Shown: positions 1 to 12,406, counted from the stretch's first letter. The stretch: 23,950 nucleotides of DNA from Octopus sinensis (GCF_006345805.1 NW_021836735.1:1-23950); one strand, 5' to 3'. Numbers and translations are program-made. The notes: generated by a model not told the origin, from the letters alone.

Positions 1-2
1 CA

Positions 3-174
3 AGTCCATTAATTGAGAATAACCTACATTGCACAACCCGAGAATTTGCAGAAAGCCTCAACCTATCAAAATCCGTCGTTAATGAACACCTGGTAAAGCT
101 TAGGTAACGGCACGTATTTATTGACCTTTTTCTTTCCTTTAAAAATCGGCACGAACTCTCCGGACAACCCAATA
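3..174 (+). mobile_element. Internally deleted mariner remnant (HTH fragment joined to 3' TIR)
   Basis: Frame from 3 reads SPLIENNLHCTTREFAESLNLSKSVVNEHLVKLR*, resembling the mariner transposase second HTH (…N P…TTRE.A..L..S.S.V..HL.KLG). It is followed within ~70 nt by a mariner-like terminus AAATCGGCACGAACTCTCCGGACAACCCAA-TA ending at 174. Confidence 0.7.
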
Positions 175-404
175 TTTCTAAAATGTTTCGTGTAAGGCAG
201 TTCACTATACTGTGTCTACATCTCTAAATCCTTCGTACAACTGCGTTTTGGCACGTAAAATGTTCTCTGTTTGTAGATACTGGCATGGCTATGCTCCAAG
301 CATACATACACACATACATATAAATGTAGATGCATACATATATATATACATACATATATGAACTGAAAAGTTTCTTTAGTCTTACGGATGGTATGGCAAC
401 TTCT

Positions 405-615
405 CTAGTGTTGGTGCCGTGATGAAATGCATTCAGTACACTGTGTAAAACGACTGGTGTTAGAAAGAGAATCCTGACACAGAAAGCAAAGCATAGAGGA
501 AAATAATGACTCAGAATAATAACTGGGTCAGACTATGACCACTCATCTAACCCATGCCAGCATGTTTTATCAACTGTACGACAAGTTCGGTGAAATATCG
601 TTGAAACGGATGTAG
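405..615 (+). repeat. Highly diverged SINE-like interspersed repeat remnant
   Basis: Motifs CAGTACACTGTGTAAA…TGGTGTTAGAAAG and CATCTAACCCATGCCAGCATG resemble a recalled abundant cephalopod SINE 3' region; recognition from memory only. Confidence 0.3.
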
Positions 616-659
616 AATTATCTACATACATATGTATATGTATGTTTGCATATGTGTAT

Positions 660-816
<157 letters not shown>

Positions 817-1786
817 TCGGCCTAAAAGTGTGAGTTACCATCGAGAGTCACTTTGCAGGACATTTCTCTGTATAAATTTGCACATCGCTGCATCTAAGTT
901 TTTAAGACTATTTCTGCGTGTATGTACTTGTATGTGTGTGCGTTGTGAGAGTGTGTGTGTGTATGTGTGTACGTGTCTATGTGTTTGGATACATATTATA
1001 AAAGTGGTTACAGCGTACGTTTGTCATATCAGCCAGCATATACAAATACGTATACGTCTGTATGTGTATGTGTACGTGTGTGTACGCGTGTGTGCGTGTG
1101 TTTATGTACATGTGTGTTATGTTACTGGTGCCTGCAATTATCTGGCTGAACGCGAAAAAGAGATACTATATCTGTTTATGCATGCCTGTGTATATGTGTG
1201 TGTGTGTGTGCGTTCCTGTGTGTGTATGTGTGTGTGTAAGTATTTATGAGATGGAGAGTGTATGTGTAACAGTGTATAAGCGTGTATGAATATCTGTGTG
1301 ACTGCTTCCTTGTGTGAGCTTGCATAAGTGCATGTGTGTGAGAGAGAGAAAGAGAGCGGTGTGTGTGTGTGTGTGTGTATGAGTCTGTAGGTGTGTGTGG
1401 CTGCGTGTTTCTGTGCTGTTATGTATGTATTACAAAGTACGCTGCTCTCGTCAGTGCCTTGGGAAATAAACGGCCGTCATAATCAGGTTGATTATGGTTA
1501 CAAATGTATTTCATTAATAATGTATCTAGTTTAACAACTAGATATGCGTGTATATATGTGTATATATACCTATTTCTATATCTATGTATCTATTTCTCTT
1601 CGTTTCTCACTATTTCTGTCCGCCTCTCTCTCCCTACCCCCTCTCTCTCTTTCAGTGTGTGTAAGTTTATATATATAAATATATATGTGTGTGTGTATGT
1701 ATCTATACATATACTCATATATTTCAATATGTATATATATATAAGAACACACACACAGAGCGTTACACAGATACATCAGCATTATA

Positions 1787-1843
<57 letters not shown>

Positions 1844-2450
1844 AATACATAATATATATTAGTATGCATATGCGTAACTCTCTCTCTCTCTCTCTTTCTC
1901 TCTATCTATCTATCTCTCTTTCTTTTCTCCGCATATATGCATACATTTATATTGAAATATATGAGTATGTATGTATATATATATATGTAGATATATATAT
2001 ACATACATATATATATATATATATATTCATACATACATACATATAAATATACATGCATAGATATATGCTATACAAAGACAGAGACGTATATAAGCATACA
2101 CATACGCACACACACATACATACATAAATATATATATATACAAATATATATACATATATATACACATATATATATATGTATATATACTTATATACATATA
2201 TATATAAATATATATATACATATATATATATATATTATATATATACATATATATATATATACATATACACACCCATACACTCACACACACACACATTCAG
2301 ATATACATACATTTACAAGGTGCGAAAGGTATTTGAGGACACACTTGATGATTAAATCAAACGGCTCTAATCTAGCACAGACCAAATGTATAATGTATTT
2401 CAATAAGAAACAAAAACACGTTCCCGATAAACTTTCTTACAAGATTATTC

Positions 2451-2761
2451 TTAGACTCTGCCTTCAGTTTCAATGTCTGCTTCAATGCCGAACCGGAATC
2501 GTTGACATGTCCCTCCTAAATGATCGTTATTTCTTTCGCGAATCACTTGGATAATGGCGACCTTCAGCCAAGCTATTGATATTGTGGGGATATCGATTAG
2601 TCTCCCTTTCAAGAAATCTCTAAATCTAGAAGTCCATGAGATTTATATCTGGAGAGGTTGGAAACCACAAGTTTGGTGTTACATGATCCTAAAGGTTGTC
2701 TGACATCCATTCATGGGTTATGCAGGCTTTGTGAGAAGTTACAGGCTTCTTGAAACACATT
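2451..2761 (-). pseudogene. DD37D transposase pseudogene, C-terminal part
   Basis: Reads VFQE/…SHKACITHEWMSDNL*DHVTPNLWFPTSPDINLMDF*…/LKVAIIQV…[27 protein letters not shown] corresponds to SPDLNPLD. Spacing from the (decayed, frameshifted) VFQQD site to this D is about 37 residues, assuming the usual D-S-A-P start. Confidence 0.85.
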
Positions 2762-3095
2762 ATTTCATGCTTTCATTTTGCTTCAGTCATTTGACTGCGG
2801 CCATGCTGGATCACCGCCTTTAGTCGAACAAATCGACCCCAGGACTTATTCTTTGCAAGCCTAGTACTTATTCTATCGGCACTCTCTTGCCGAACCGCTA
2901 AGTGACGGGAGCGTAAACACGCTAGCATCGGTTGTCAAGCGATGTTGGAGGACAAACACAGACACACAAACATGGGCTTTGGTCGGCCCGAGGCTATAGT
3001 AGAAAATACTTGCCCAAGGTGCCACACAGTGGGACTGAACCCGGAACCATGTGGCTGGTAAGCAAGCTACTTACCTCACAGCCACTCCTGCGCCT
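2762..3095 (-). mobile_element. tRNA-derived SINE (octopus OK-like), with internal deletion
   Basis: Reverse complement begins AGGCGCAGGAGTGGCTGTGAGGTAAG…GGTTCAGTCCC (A/B-box-like). It is highly similar to the copy at 13372-13530 over the 5' half. Confidence 0.85.
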
Positions 3096-3133
3096 GTGGG
3101 CATCTCTCGTGCGCGGTCCTCATTTATCTAGAT

Positions 3134-3342
3134 CAGTGCCCCGCAACCTTTTCTTCACTTGCGACACACTTATATTCTTTTCAAAATTCGGCGGCACACT
3201 TGAACTAAAATTATAATTAAAAGTATGGGGGCGGGGATCATATTCAGGTTACACTCCGGCACACCTAACATCATCTCGTGGTACACCTAACATCGTCTCG
3301 TGGAAGATCAGTGTGCCGCGGTATACCGGTTGCGGAGCACTG
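3134..3342. mobile_element. hAT (Charlie-like) MITE 1
   Basis: 15-bp TIRs CAGTGCCCCGCAACC (3134-3148) / GGTTGCGGAGCACTG (3328-3342), 14/15 match. Left flank ATCTAGAT fits the NTCTAGAN hAT target. Internal 22-bp tandem duplication at 3261-3304. Confidence 0.8.
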
Positions 3343-3350
3343 GTCTAATG

Positions 3351-4179
<829 letters not shown>

Positions 4180-4187
4180 ATTTAAGG

Positions 4188-4844
4188 TTTAACAACTGTC
4201 TCCAGTACCTCAACATATTCGGTAGCATTAATTTAAAAACCCTATGGAAAGATGTGAGGTGGCATCACATAACGTTCGTTACTCACCACCTCTAAAACCT
4301 ATCACGGTTACCGGAAACTTGGCGTGCATCACTCTGGAGACACCAGATATCTGCATATAACCATCTGTTGCTTCTTCTGTTTCTCCTATGGGCTTCTTGG
4401 TCGACGTTTTTCTCATCAGAGACGAACTATAGCATTCCATGTTCGTGAGGATTTTTTAACCTTGTTAAATAACCGCCTGGAACGAATCAAACGGTTTTCT
4501 TGTGTATTAGCAGACAGGAGTTAACCGCTCGTCAAGTACACATGACTTACATCGAATGTCCTCGTGCACCACAGCTTTAATAGTTCATTCCCACACACCA
4601 AGTTCTTATTGGTTTATTTGGTTTATCATCGATAAAATTTTGTATCCTTTGGATGTCTTTATAGTCTCCGAAAGCTTAGAATGTATTTTCCTTTGGTACA
4701 GTCCAAACATTTCAACCAGAAATTTCTGCCATCCGAATTTGTGTACAAAAAAGCCTTGCAATTTCTAAATCGTTGCGTTCCGCACATATGGCAACAATGA
4801 CGCCATGTTTTTTTCATTTCTTCCGTCAACATTTTATCTGCCAT
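4188..4844 (-). pseudogene. DD37D transposase pseudogene, N-terminal two thirds
   Basis: Across frameshifts reads MADKMLTEEMKK…VVHEDIRCKS…QENRLIRSRRLFNKVKNPHEHGML*FVSDEKN…MHAKFPVTVIG…VVSNERYVMPPHIFP*…INATEYVEVLETVVKP. SDEK is the first catalytic D motif. Confidence 0.85.
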
Positions 4845-5024
4845 GGCGGTTTGGGGGTAAAATGAGTCTTTTAATTGGTTTCAAGAGAGTACTATACAGA
4901 TAATTAAATGTCCTCAAATACTTCTCGTATCCGATCACTCTCTCACTCTCTCTCTTTCCCTCTCTCTCTATTACACAACATATATACTTACGTCCATACG
5001 TACACACATACATACAACATATAC

Positions 5025-5091
<67 letters not shown>

Positions 5092-5107
5092 AATATATAT
5101 TATGTAT

Positions 5108-5310
5108 ATGAGCGAGACGGGGACAGTAAGGTTAGAAAAATAGCGACAGTAAGGTTAAGAGTGCGCATCATAATTATTAAGATAAAACTTAATATATGTA
5201 TATATATATATTAATATATACATATATTAAGTTTTATATTAATAATCTGATGAAGCACTCTTAACCTTACTGTCGCTATTTTTCTAACCTTACTGTCCCC
5301 TCTCGCTCAT
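5108..5310. repeat. ~100-bp-arm near-perfect inverted repeat (fold-back)
   Basis: ATGAGCGAGACGGGGACAGTAAGG…CTTAATATATGTATATAT mirrored by ATATATACATATATTAAG…CCTTACTGTCCCCTCTCGCTCAT, with only a handful of differences. Confidence 0.95.
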
Positions 5311-5890
5311 TCTTCATTCTTTCTGGTTTTCTCTATCATTCTCTCCCTTTCACCGTTCCCTTTCTCTTACTACTCCTCCTCCTCCCTCACGTCGCTGACA
5401 TGTGACCAGAGTCCTTCTGTCTTTCTGACCACAGCCTTCAACAAGTATAGACGGCATCCTATCCTTTTCTTATGCCGTTGTTCTCACGCGTTCAAAATAA
5501 TATTTCTTTCGTTCGGCTTAACAGCCCTTAACGTTCGTATTACTGTTGTTCTACTTGTCCTGTCGTTTACTGTTTTTATTTTTATTTGTATTATTGCTGT
5601 CTTGTATTGTTTTTACTGTCCTGTTTTTGTTACCACTTTTACCCCTCCGCAAAAGATCTCAAATTATTTGCGGGAAGGACCGTTTCACCGAAGTCGTGTC
5701 TCGCCTTTACCTTCGTAACGCGGAGTAGAACGAAAAGGAAAGGAGGCGGCTGAAGAAGGGGGAATTTCCTTGTGTTGTATGTCTTGTATCCTGTTTTTTC
5801 GTTGTTTTAAAAAAAATGTCCGTTTCCATGGTTCTGTTTTTATGTTTCGTTTCTCATTGTGTTCGACGTTTTTTTTTGTTTCTTGTACTA
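5214..5890 (+). mobile_element. Probable Penelope-associated terminal-repeat (pLTR-like) sequence
   Basis: Starts in the fold-back, contains CTGATGA (5247) and CTGAAGA (5750) cores, has a pyrimidine-rich body and ends at TA-rich sequence. Family assignment is inference. Confidence 0.4.
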
Positions 5891-5960
5891 TATATGCATG
5901 AAAATATATATATAGATGTAGGTACGTACATATATGTATATATGCTATGTTTTATTTATT

Positions 5961-6005
<45 letters not shown>

Positions 6006-6080
6006 ATATATATATATATATATATATTTTACTAGACATACATACATACATACATACATAATAATAATACTACATAATAC

Positions 6081-6118
<38 letters not shown>

Positions 6119-6164
6119 TTCATGTATATATATATTTATATATATATGATATAGATCGCTAGCC

Positions 6165-6340
6165 ACTACACATTCTTTATTTTCTCTCCTTGTTTCTTTC
6201 TTGTTCCTTTCTGTGGAAGAGCGTAGGCTCGAAATGTTAAAAATTTTTTCACTTCCCGAGCCTTAAACGAATACATCTGTTTGTTGTCTACACCGCCTGT
6301 CTTCGTCTTTTGTTTTTTTTGTGAATTCTCCCCCCACCAT
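6165..6340 (+). mobile_element. pLTR-like repeat carrying a hammerhead-like motif
   Basis: Contains the motif at 6211-6238, has a T-rich body and ends abruptly at (TA)n, like other PLE termini here. Confidence 0.5.
6208..6241 (+). ncRNA. Minimal hammerhead-like motif (variant core)
   Basis: CTGTGGA-A-GAGC[GTAG]GCTC-GAAA-TGTT: perfect 4-bp stem II and GAAA. The core differs from CUGANGA at position 6. Confidence 0.5.
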
Positions 6341-6689
6341 ATATATATATATATATATAATGTATGCATGCGTGTATCTATGTATGTATGTATGTATGAA
6401 TATGTCTGTGTGCTCGTGTGTGTGTGTGTGTGTGTGTGAGTGCGTTTGCGCTTGCATGTGTGCGTGTGTGTGCTCGTCTGTGTGTGTGTGTGTGTGTAAT
6501 TAAAAGAAGAAATCCAAGAACAATAGCAAAAGGAGGAGAAATAACAGAAGACTCCGCAAGTGTTATGGTGTCACGTGACTGAACATTATGAATATTAAAA
6601 TCAGTTTCATTTCAAGCGTAAATTAATTATATCATTACACTTCACGTACAAACACACACACACACGCACGCGTAGATATACATGCACTC

Positions 6690-6719
6690 GCACACACATA
6701 CATACATACATACATACAT

Positions 6720-6778
<59 letters not shown>

Positions 6779-7497
6779 TGCATGTATGAATGTATGTATG
6801 TATGTATGTATGTATGTGTGCATGTATGAATGTATGTATGTATGTATGTATGTATGTATGTGTGTATGTATGTATGTATGTATGTATGTATGAATGTGTG
6901 TATGTATGTATGTATGTATGTGTGTGTATGTATGTATGTATGTATGTATGTATGATGTATGTATGTGTGTGTATGTATGTATGTATGTATGTATGTATGT
7001 ATGTATGTATGTATGAATGTGTGTATGTATGTATGTATGTATGTATGTGTGTGTGTATGTATGTATGTATGTATGTATGATGTATGTATGTGTGTGTATG
7101 TATGTATGTATGTATGTATGTATGTATGTATGTATGTATGTGGTATTTGTAGGTATGTATGTATGTGTGCATGTATGAATGTATGTATGTATGTAGTAGT
7201 ATGTATGTATGTGTGTATGTATGTATGTATGTATGTATGTAGTATGAATGTGGTGTGTGTGTATGTATGTATGTATGTATGTATGTATGTATGTATGTAT
7301 GAATGTGTGTGTGTATGTATGTATGTATGTATGTATGTATGAATGTGTGTGTGTATGTATGTATGTATGTATGATGTATGTATGTGTGTGTATGTATGTA
7401 TGTATGTATTATGTATGTATGTATGATGTATGTATGTGTGTGTATGTATGTATGTATGTATGTATGTATGTATGTATGTATGTATGTATGTATGTAC
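6690..7497. repeat. (TATG)n array, ~0.8 kb, with interspersed variants
   Basis: Directly visible; source of the HTYI/MYVC ORFs. Confidence 0.95.
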
Positions 7498-8014
7498 GCG
7501 TACACACATACGTATAGATGTTCGCCTACATTCGCACGACACATTCGCAAATCTCATATATCTACATATACACACAAATACGCAGAGTCTCTCTCACTCA
7601 CTCTCTCTTTCTTACAGATGGAAACACGTACAAACATACATAGTTTCTTTCTTTCCTTCAATTCCCTCTCTCTCTCTCTTTATCTCTCTCTCCCTCTCAC
7701 TTTCGCTCTCTTTCTTTCCCCCTCCCTCTCTCTCTCACACACAATCACAAATACACAGATACAAACATAAACACTCACAATGTGTCTCATTCTTTCTCTT
7801 CCTCTTTGTTTGTTTCTTTCTGTCTCTCTCTTTCTCTTTCACATGCACACACACACACACATACACACAAACAAACAAAACAAACAAACAAACAAACAAA
7901 CAATCACAAACACCAACATATCACCACATACAAGCTCTGCCTCCTCTCCTTCTCTCTGCATCTATCTATCTATCTATCTCTCTATATATATGTGTGTGTG
8001 CGCGCGTGTGTGTG

Positions 8015-8063
<49 letters not shown>

Positions 8064-8414
8064 TATATATATATATATATTATATAATATACATATATAT
8101 ACATCACGCGCAATCACACACGTCACACAAACACCCACATATTTAATTAAGCTCAATGTATTATTGAATCTGTTTTAATTGATGATTGTTGTTTGTTATT
8201 GTTGTTGTTGTTGTTTTTGTTCTGAGTGATTTTATACCGTTATCGGGTTTTTTGGGGTTTCATTTGTCATTGTTGTTGTTGTTGTGGCCGTTGTTTTTCA
8301 GTCGTTTCCGTGCGTGAAAAACTCAATAAACACCACAACAACACAATAATACAATACATGCATACATATTTATATGCATTTATATACATACATATATACA
8401 CACACACACGTATA

Positions 8415-8446
<32 letters not shown>

Positions 8447-8557
8447 TTTATATATACATGTGTTTGTATGTATACGTATATGTGTATGTATATATATATA
8501 TATGCATATGCAGATGCACTCATATACCACATGTGTGTATAGTTTTGCATATATATT

Positions 8558-8610
<53 letters not shown>

Positions 8611-8789
8611 TATATACATATATATATATATATATGTATGTATATATATATTTGTGTGTGTGTACGCATATACAGACGCTGAAATGAATACAGAATGTGC
8701 ACCAATCTGTACGCTGATGATGCATGCAACGAAGCAATTAACACAACCTGAGAACGATCAGAGTTTAAAGGTGACGTACATGAAACTGA

Positions 8790-8842
<53 letters not shown>

Positions 8843-9060
8843 AAGCGGTGAACTGGCAGAATCATTACTGCAACGGACAAAATGCTCAGCAGTAATTCTT
8901 GCGGGCGTGTACGTTCTAACCTCAAATGACGCCAAGTCGACTTAGTCGTTCATCCTTTCGACATCGATAAAATACTGTAAGTACCCGTCGAGCATTGGAG
9001 CCGATGTCATCGGCTTCTCCTTTCCCTTTGGAATCGCTGTCCTCGAGCCAAAATTTGAAA
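8843..9060 (+). mobile_element. Diverged tRNA-derived SINE (OR-like), copy 1 of a tandem pair
   Basis: AAGCGGTGAACTGGCAGAATCATTA…CATCCTTTCG…CCAAAATTTGAAA; shares motifs with the copies at 9065, 12517 and 23149. Confidence 0.65.
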
Positions 9061-9064
9061 AAGT

Positions 9065-9245
9065 AAAGCGGTGAATTGACAGAAAGTGTTAGAGTGTCGG
9101 GCATCATGTATAGCGGATGTTTTTCTGGCTTATTATGTCCCGAGTATAATTACCCTGCTAGGGTTAACTTTGCCATTCATCCTTTCGGGGTCGATGAAAT
9201 AAAGTACTAGTCATGTACTATGTCGAAGCAGTCGACCATTCCACC
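9065..9245 (+). mobile_element. Diverged tRNA-derived SINE (OR-like), copy 2 of a tandem pair
   Basis: TAAAGCGGTGAA identical to 8841-8852; AACTTTGCCATTCATCCTTTCGGGGTCGATGAAATAAAGTAC. Confidence 0.65.
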
Positions 9246-9289
9246 CCACCGCCGCCGCCACCACCACCACCACCACACGCATACACCCC

Positions 9290-9930
9290 AAATTTCTGGC
9301 CTTATTTTTTAAATTCTCAGCTGCTGAAGTTCAGGATCCCTGATTTACTGTCTCGCGCGAAGAATGTACTCTATTTTCACCTGTCAAAGCCGTTATTCTG
9401 TTCAATTAGACCCAGGCGGACACCTCGTTGCCGTCTGCAACGAATGCGAACGCGTGACTCCTGAAAACCATGTTATTTTGATGGCTTCTAGCTTGAGTCT
9501 AGGCTACGAGCATTTATACGCCTCACTCGCAGAGATGATGTATAAAATGGAGATAACTGGGCCATCCATTTTTGGGTATTTGCTAAATGCAACAGTTAGT
9601 ATTTCTTAGAGAGCCTACAATGTTTAAAATACCCTCAACACCTTTTGGCAAGTTTTTCTTTACTTCTCTACATGATAATGATATTGCATGAGTTGTGATG
9701 TTGGCAGCTGTGCAGGACTTCTACCGTTTGGCTTTGGATGTGAGTAAGAAGGTCATTAGATGATTGGTCCTCACCAGAACGTCTGGAATTGGTCAAACTA
9801 CTTTCCCCTTTCGTTTGCTTCTATTAATTTTGGTTTGCCCCAACTCAACAATCGTAATTCTGAGAACGATGTAATTTAGGAATTTGTGTGATGCTGTTGG
9901 CGTTGTTATTGTTGTAGTAGTAGTAGTTGT

Positions 9931-9962
<32 letters not shown>

Positions 9963-11000
9963 GGTAGTGGTGGTGGTGGTGGTGGTGGTGGTGGTATTTC
10001 TGTTTTCATGGTAGCCTTTTCTTTTGCGATGGTTACGGTTTTGATCGTTGTTAATGTCGCTTTCTTCGACATTTTTTTTCTTCGCAGTATATACACTCTG
10101 GTTGTTGTCTTTATCATTTTCCTGACACTGTTTTTTATTGCTGTCGTGGTGATAACGGAATTTGCTGCTCCTTTTTGTTTCTATCCTGGTTCTTGCTTTT
10201 GCCGTGGTGGTTGCAGAATTACCATTGCTTACAGAGGACACTTTCACGGATTTTTTGGCATTCATTCAGTTGTCCGGTCGTTTTCGCTTCCCCAACGACA
10301 GCGGTTTGCGATATTCTCGTCTTGTCATCTTTGTCGTTTAAGGAGTTGTCGGGCGAGTGTAGAGGCTTAGTGGTACCCATGAGTTGTTGGCATTAGTGTT
10401 GGGGTTTTTGTGGGGATGGGATCCTCTGCTGCCATATTTGTTGGTGGGAATCTTCTCTGACATCTCAGCATTAGTTTTGGGTTGATTAGTGTCTTTGCTG
10501 CAGCTGTTGTTATTGTTTTTGATATTGCTGCTGCTACTGCTGTTCTTGCTGTTCTTGTTGTTGCTATTGGTGATAATGATAATGATACTGTATGAGTAGT
10601 GATGTTGGCAGCAGTGCAAGACTTCTACCGTTTGGCTTTGGGTGTGAGTAAGAAGGTCATTAGATGATTGGCGCTACCAAATATGTGACATTTGGATTAC
10701 AAAAAAACGAACGGTTGAACGCCGTTTGACAGGTACGCTAGTCGAGTACCTTTCCCAGATTTTCTGAGACTGATTCCTGACGCGCTGTCTTGACCAATTC
10801 ATTTACAACGCGATTTGTCCTGGTCTTCCAACACAACGCATGCCAGCAGCCACGAGATGTCTGTTTCTGTTGACGCGCCTTTCCCCTTCACTGGCTCTTC
10901 TCGGTAGGGGTAACAACGAATTCGTCGCCTCTACAACACCTGACAATGGATTACTTCTTAACCTGCGTTTCTCATTATTTCTTTCAGCCTCTCAAATTAT
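9290..11000 (-). pseudogene. Very degraded LINE (L1/Tx1-like?) ORF1 plus start of APE endonuclease
   Basis: Minus-strand fragments: ETDISWLLACVVL (~10828-10867) and a decayed zinc knuckle FFCN/QMSHIW*R (~10671-10716). A low-complexity linker follows, then INARSL (9500-9517) and RSHAFAFVA/ATR (9425-9462), which resemble the APE N-terminal NxRxL…DIxAxxETR motifs. Many stops and frameshifts. Confidence 0.45.
9673..10671. repeat. Pair of 95-bp direct repeats (9673-9767 and 10577-10671)
   Basis: Hand alignment gives 89/95 identity with no gaps, 904 bp apart. Confidence 0.95.
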
Positions 11001-11707
11001 TATGTTAATCACCATCTAATTTACATATCGCGCGTCCAATTATTTTTCGTAAAGTACATCTCAGTTTAAGAAATAGCCGATAGCGGTTAGATTCGCTGAT
11101 TTGATCTGCGCTGGTTTTATTTCATCCTATTTTAGCTTTGTTTATTCTGCTTATTTTTTCCAGAATCAGATTAATTCCACATTTATAGGTGAGATTCCTC
11201 ATATTACAGTTTTGCTGTTTAACTAACTGAAAAATTATTTCTTCAACTTCTTAAACATTAAATTACGTTAATCTGTTGTCAAACCATTTTCTTATTTTTT
11301 TCTTTTCAATTTATCTCACTTTTTTTTAACTTACTGAATACACATTTTCTCTTCTTTTTTTTTTCTACTTCGGAAAACTATTCTTTTTCAGTTTGTTTTG
11401 TAAATGCTACGCTATTTGTTTGGGATTTTTTTTTATTTGTCTGCCATATTTGTTATTTGAGCCTTACTTCTTTTTTTATAAATTTTGCATATCAACGACT
11501 TAGTTCCTAATTTCTCGTTAAATTCTCCAGCTTCTCTCTTTCTCTCTCTCTCTCTATATATATATAAAGCAAATAAGAAAATGGAAACGAAGAGCTACCT
11601 GAACTCATTACAAACATATGAGTGTATGTGTGTATGTGTGTGTGTGTGCGGTGTGTGACGTGTATGTATATACATACATACATATATACATACATACATA
11701 CATACAT

Positions 11708-11770
<63 letters not shown>

Positions 11771-12356
11771 TATACATATAATATATATACATATATATAA
11801 TATATATATATATATATATTATAGATATATATATACATATATATATATGTATGTTGTATGTATGTATGTATATATGTATGTATGTATGTATGTGTATGTA
11901 TTATATGTATGTATGTATATAATATAGACATCATATATGCTTTTAATTCGGAGCTGACTCCTAATCATTCCTTTTACATTTTATATTTTCTTCTTTTCCC
12001 TCCCACACTAATTACAATGTTAATTTCGTGGCTCATTATGCAATGACATAAATTAAAGGATCTTAATCACACAAACTCTTATTTCTTCGGCAATTATTTT
12101 AAGTCTGTCATTAATTCGTATCATTAGTGTCTATTCTCCTTGTACAGCAATATCGTGTCCGCTCGCGGCTTATCGCATTTCATGCATTTCGTGTGTTATT
12201 TGCCTGTTCTAACGAAGATGTTTTCTGGGCTCCATTTTTTTTCTCTCTTTTATTCATATTAGTAAAATGGGCATCAGACTAAGAGCAACGTATGTAGTTT
12301 TTTTCTCCATTGTATTTTTTCTATTCAATGCGCAGTATCACTTAAGGATCGGCGTG

Positions 12357-12359
12357 TAT

Positions 12360-12406
<47 letters not shown>

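Noticed and set aside
1478-1544. Two adjacent small hairpins (8-bp and 9-bp stems)
   Set aside because: Short AT-rich stems with no recognisable motif; compatible with chance.
5750-5775. CTGAAGA-AGG…CCT as a complete hammerhead
   Set aside because: Followed by TGTG, not GAAA; counted only as an isolated core.
6607-7575. 322-aa and 302-aa HTYI-repeat ORFs
   Set aside because: (CATA)n has no stop codon in those frames; no coding signal.
8714-8735. CTGATGA followed by a small hairpin
   Set aside because: No GAAA in register and no helix III/I; likely chance.
9673-10671. LTR/TRIM or CRISPR-like reading of the 95-bp repeat pair
   Set aside because: Only two copies, no TG…CA ends, no PBS/PPT or TSD seen, no cas genes, eukaryotic context.
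12243-12295. Second micro-exon candidate (12263-12289)
   Set aside because: Joining it to the 11164-11188 candidate creates an in-frame stop; no independent support.
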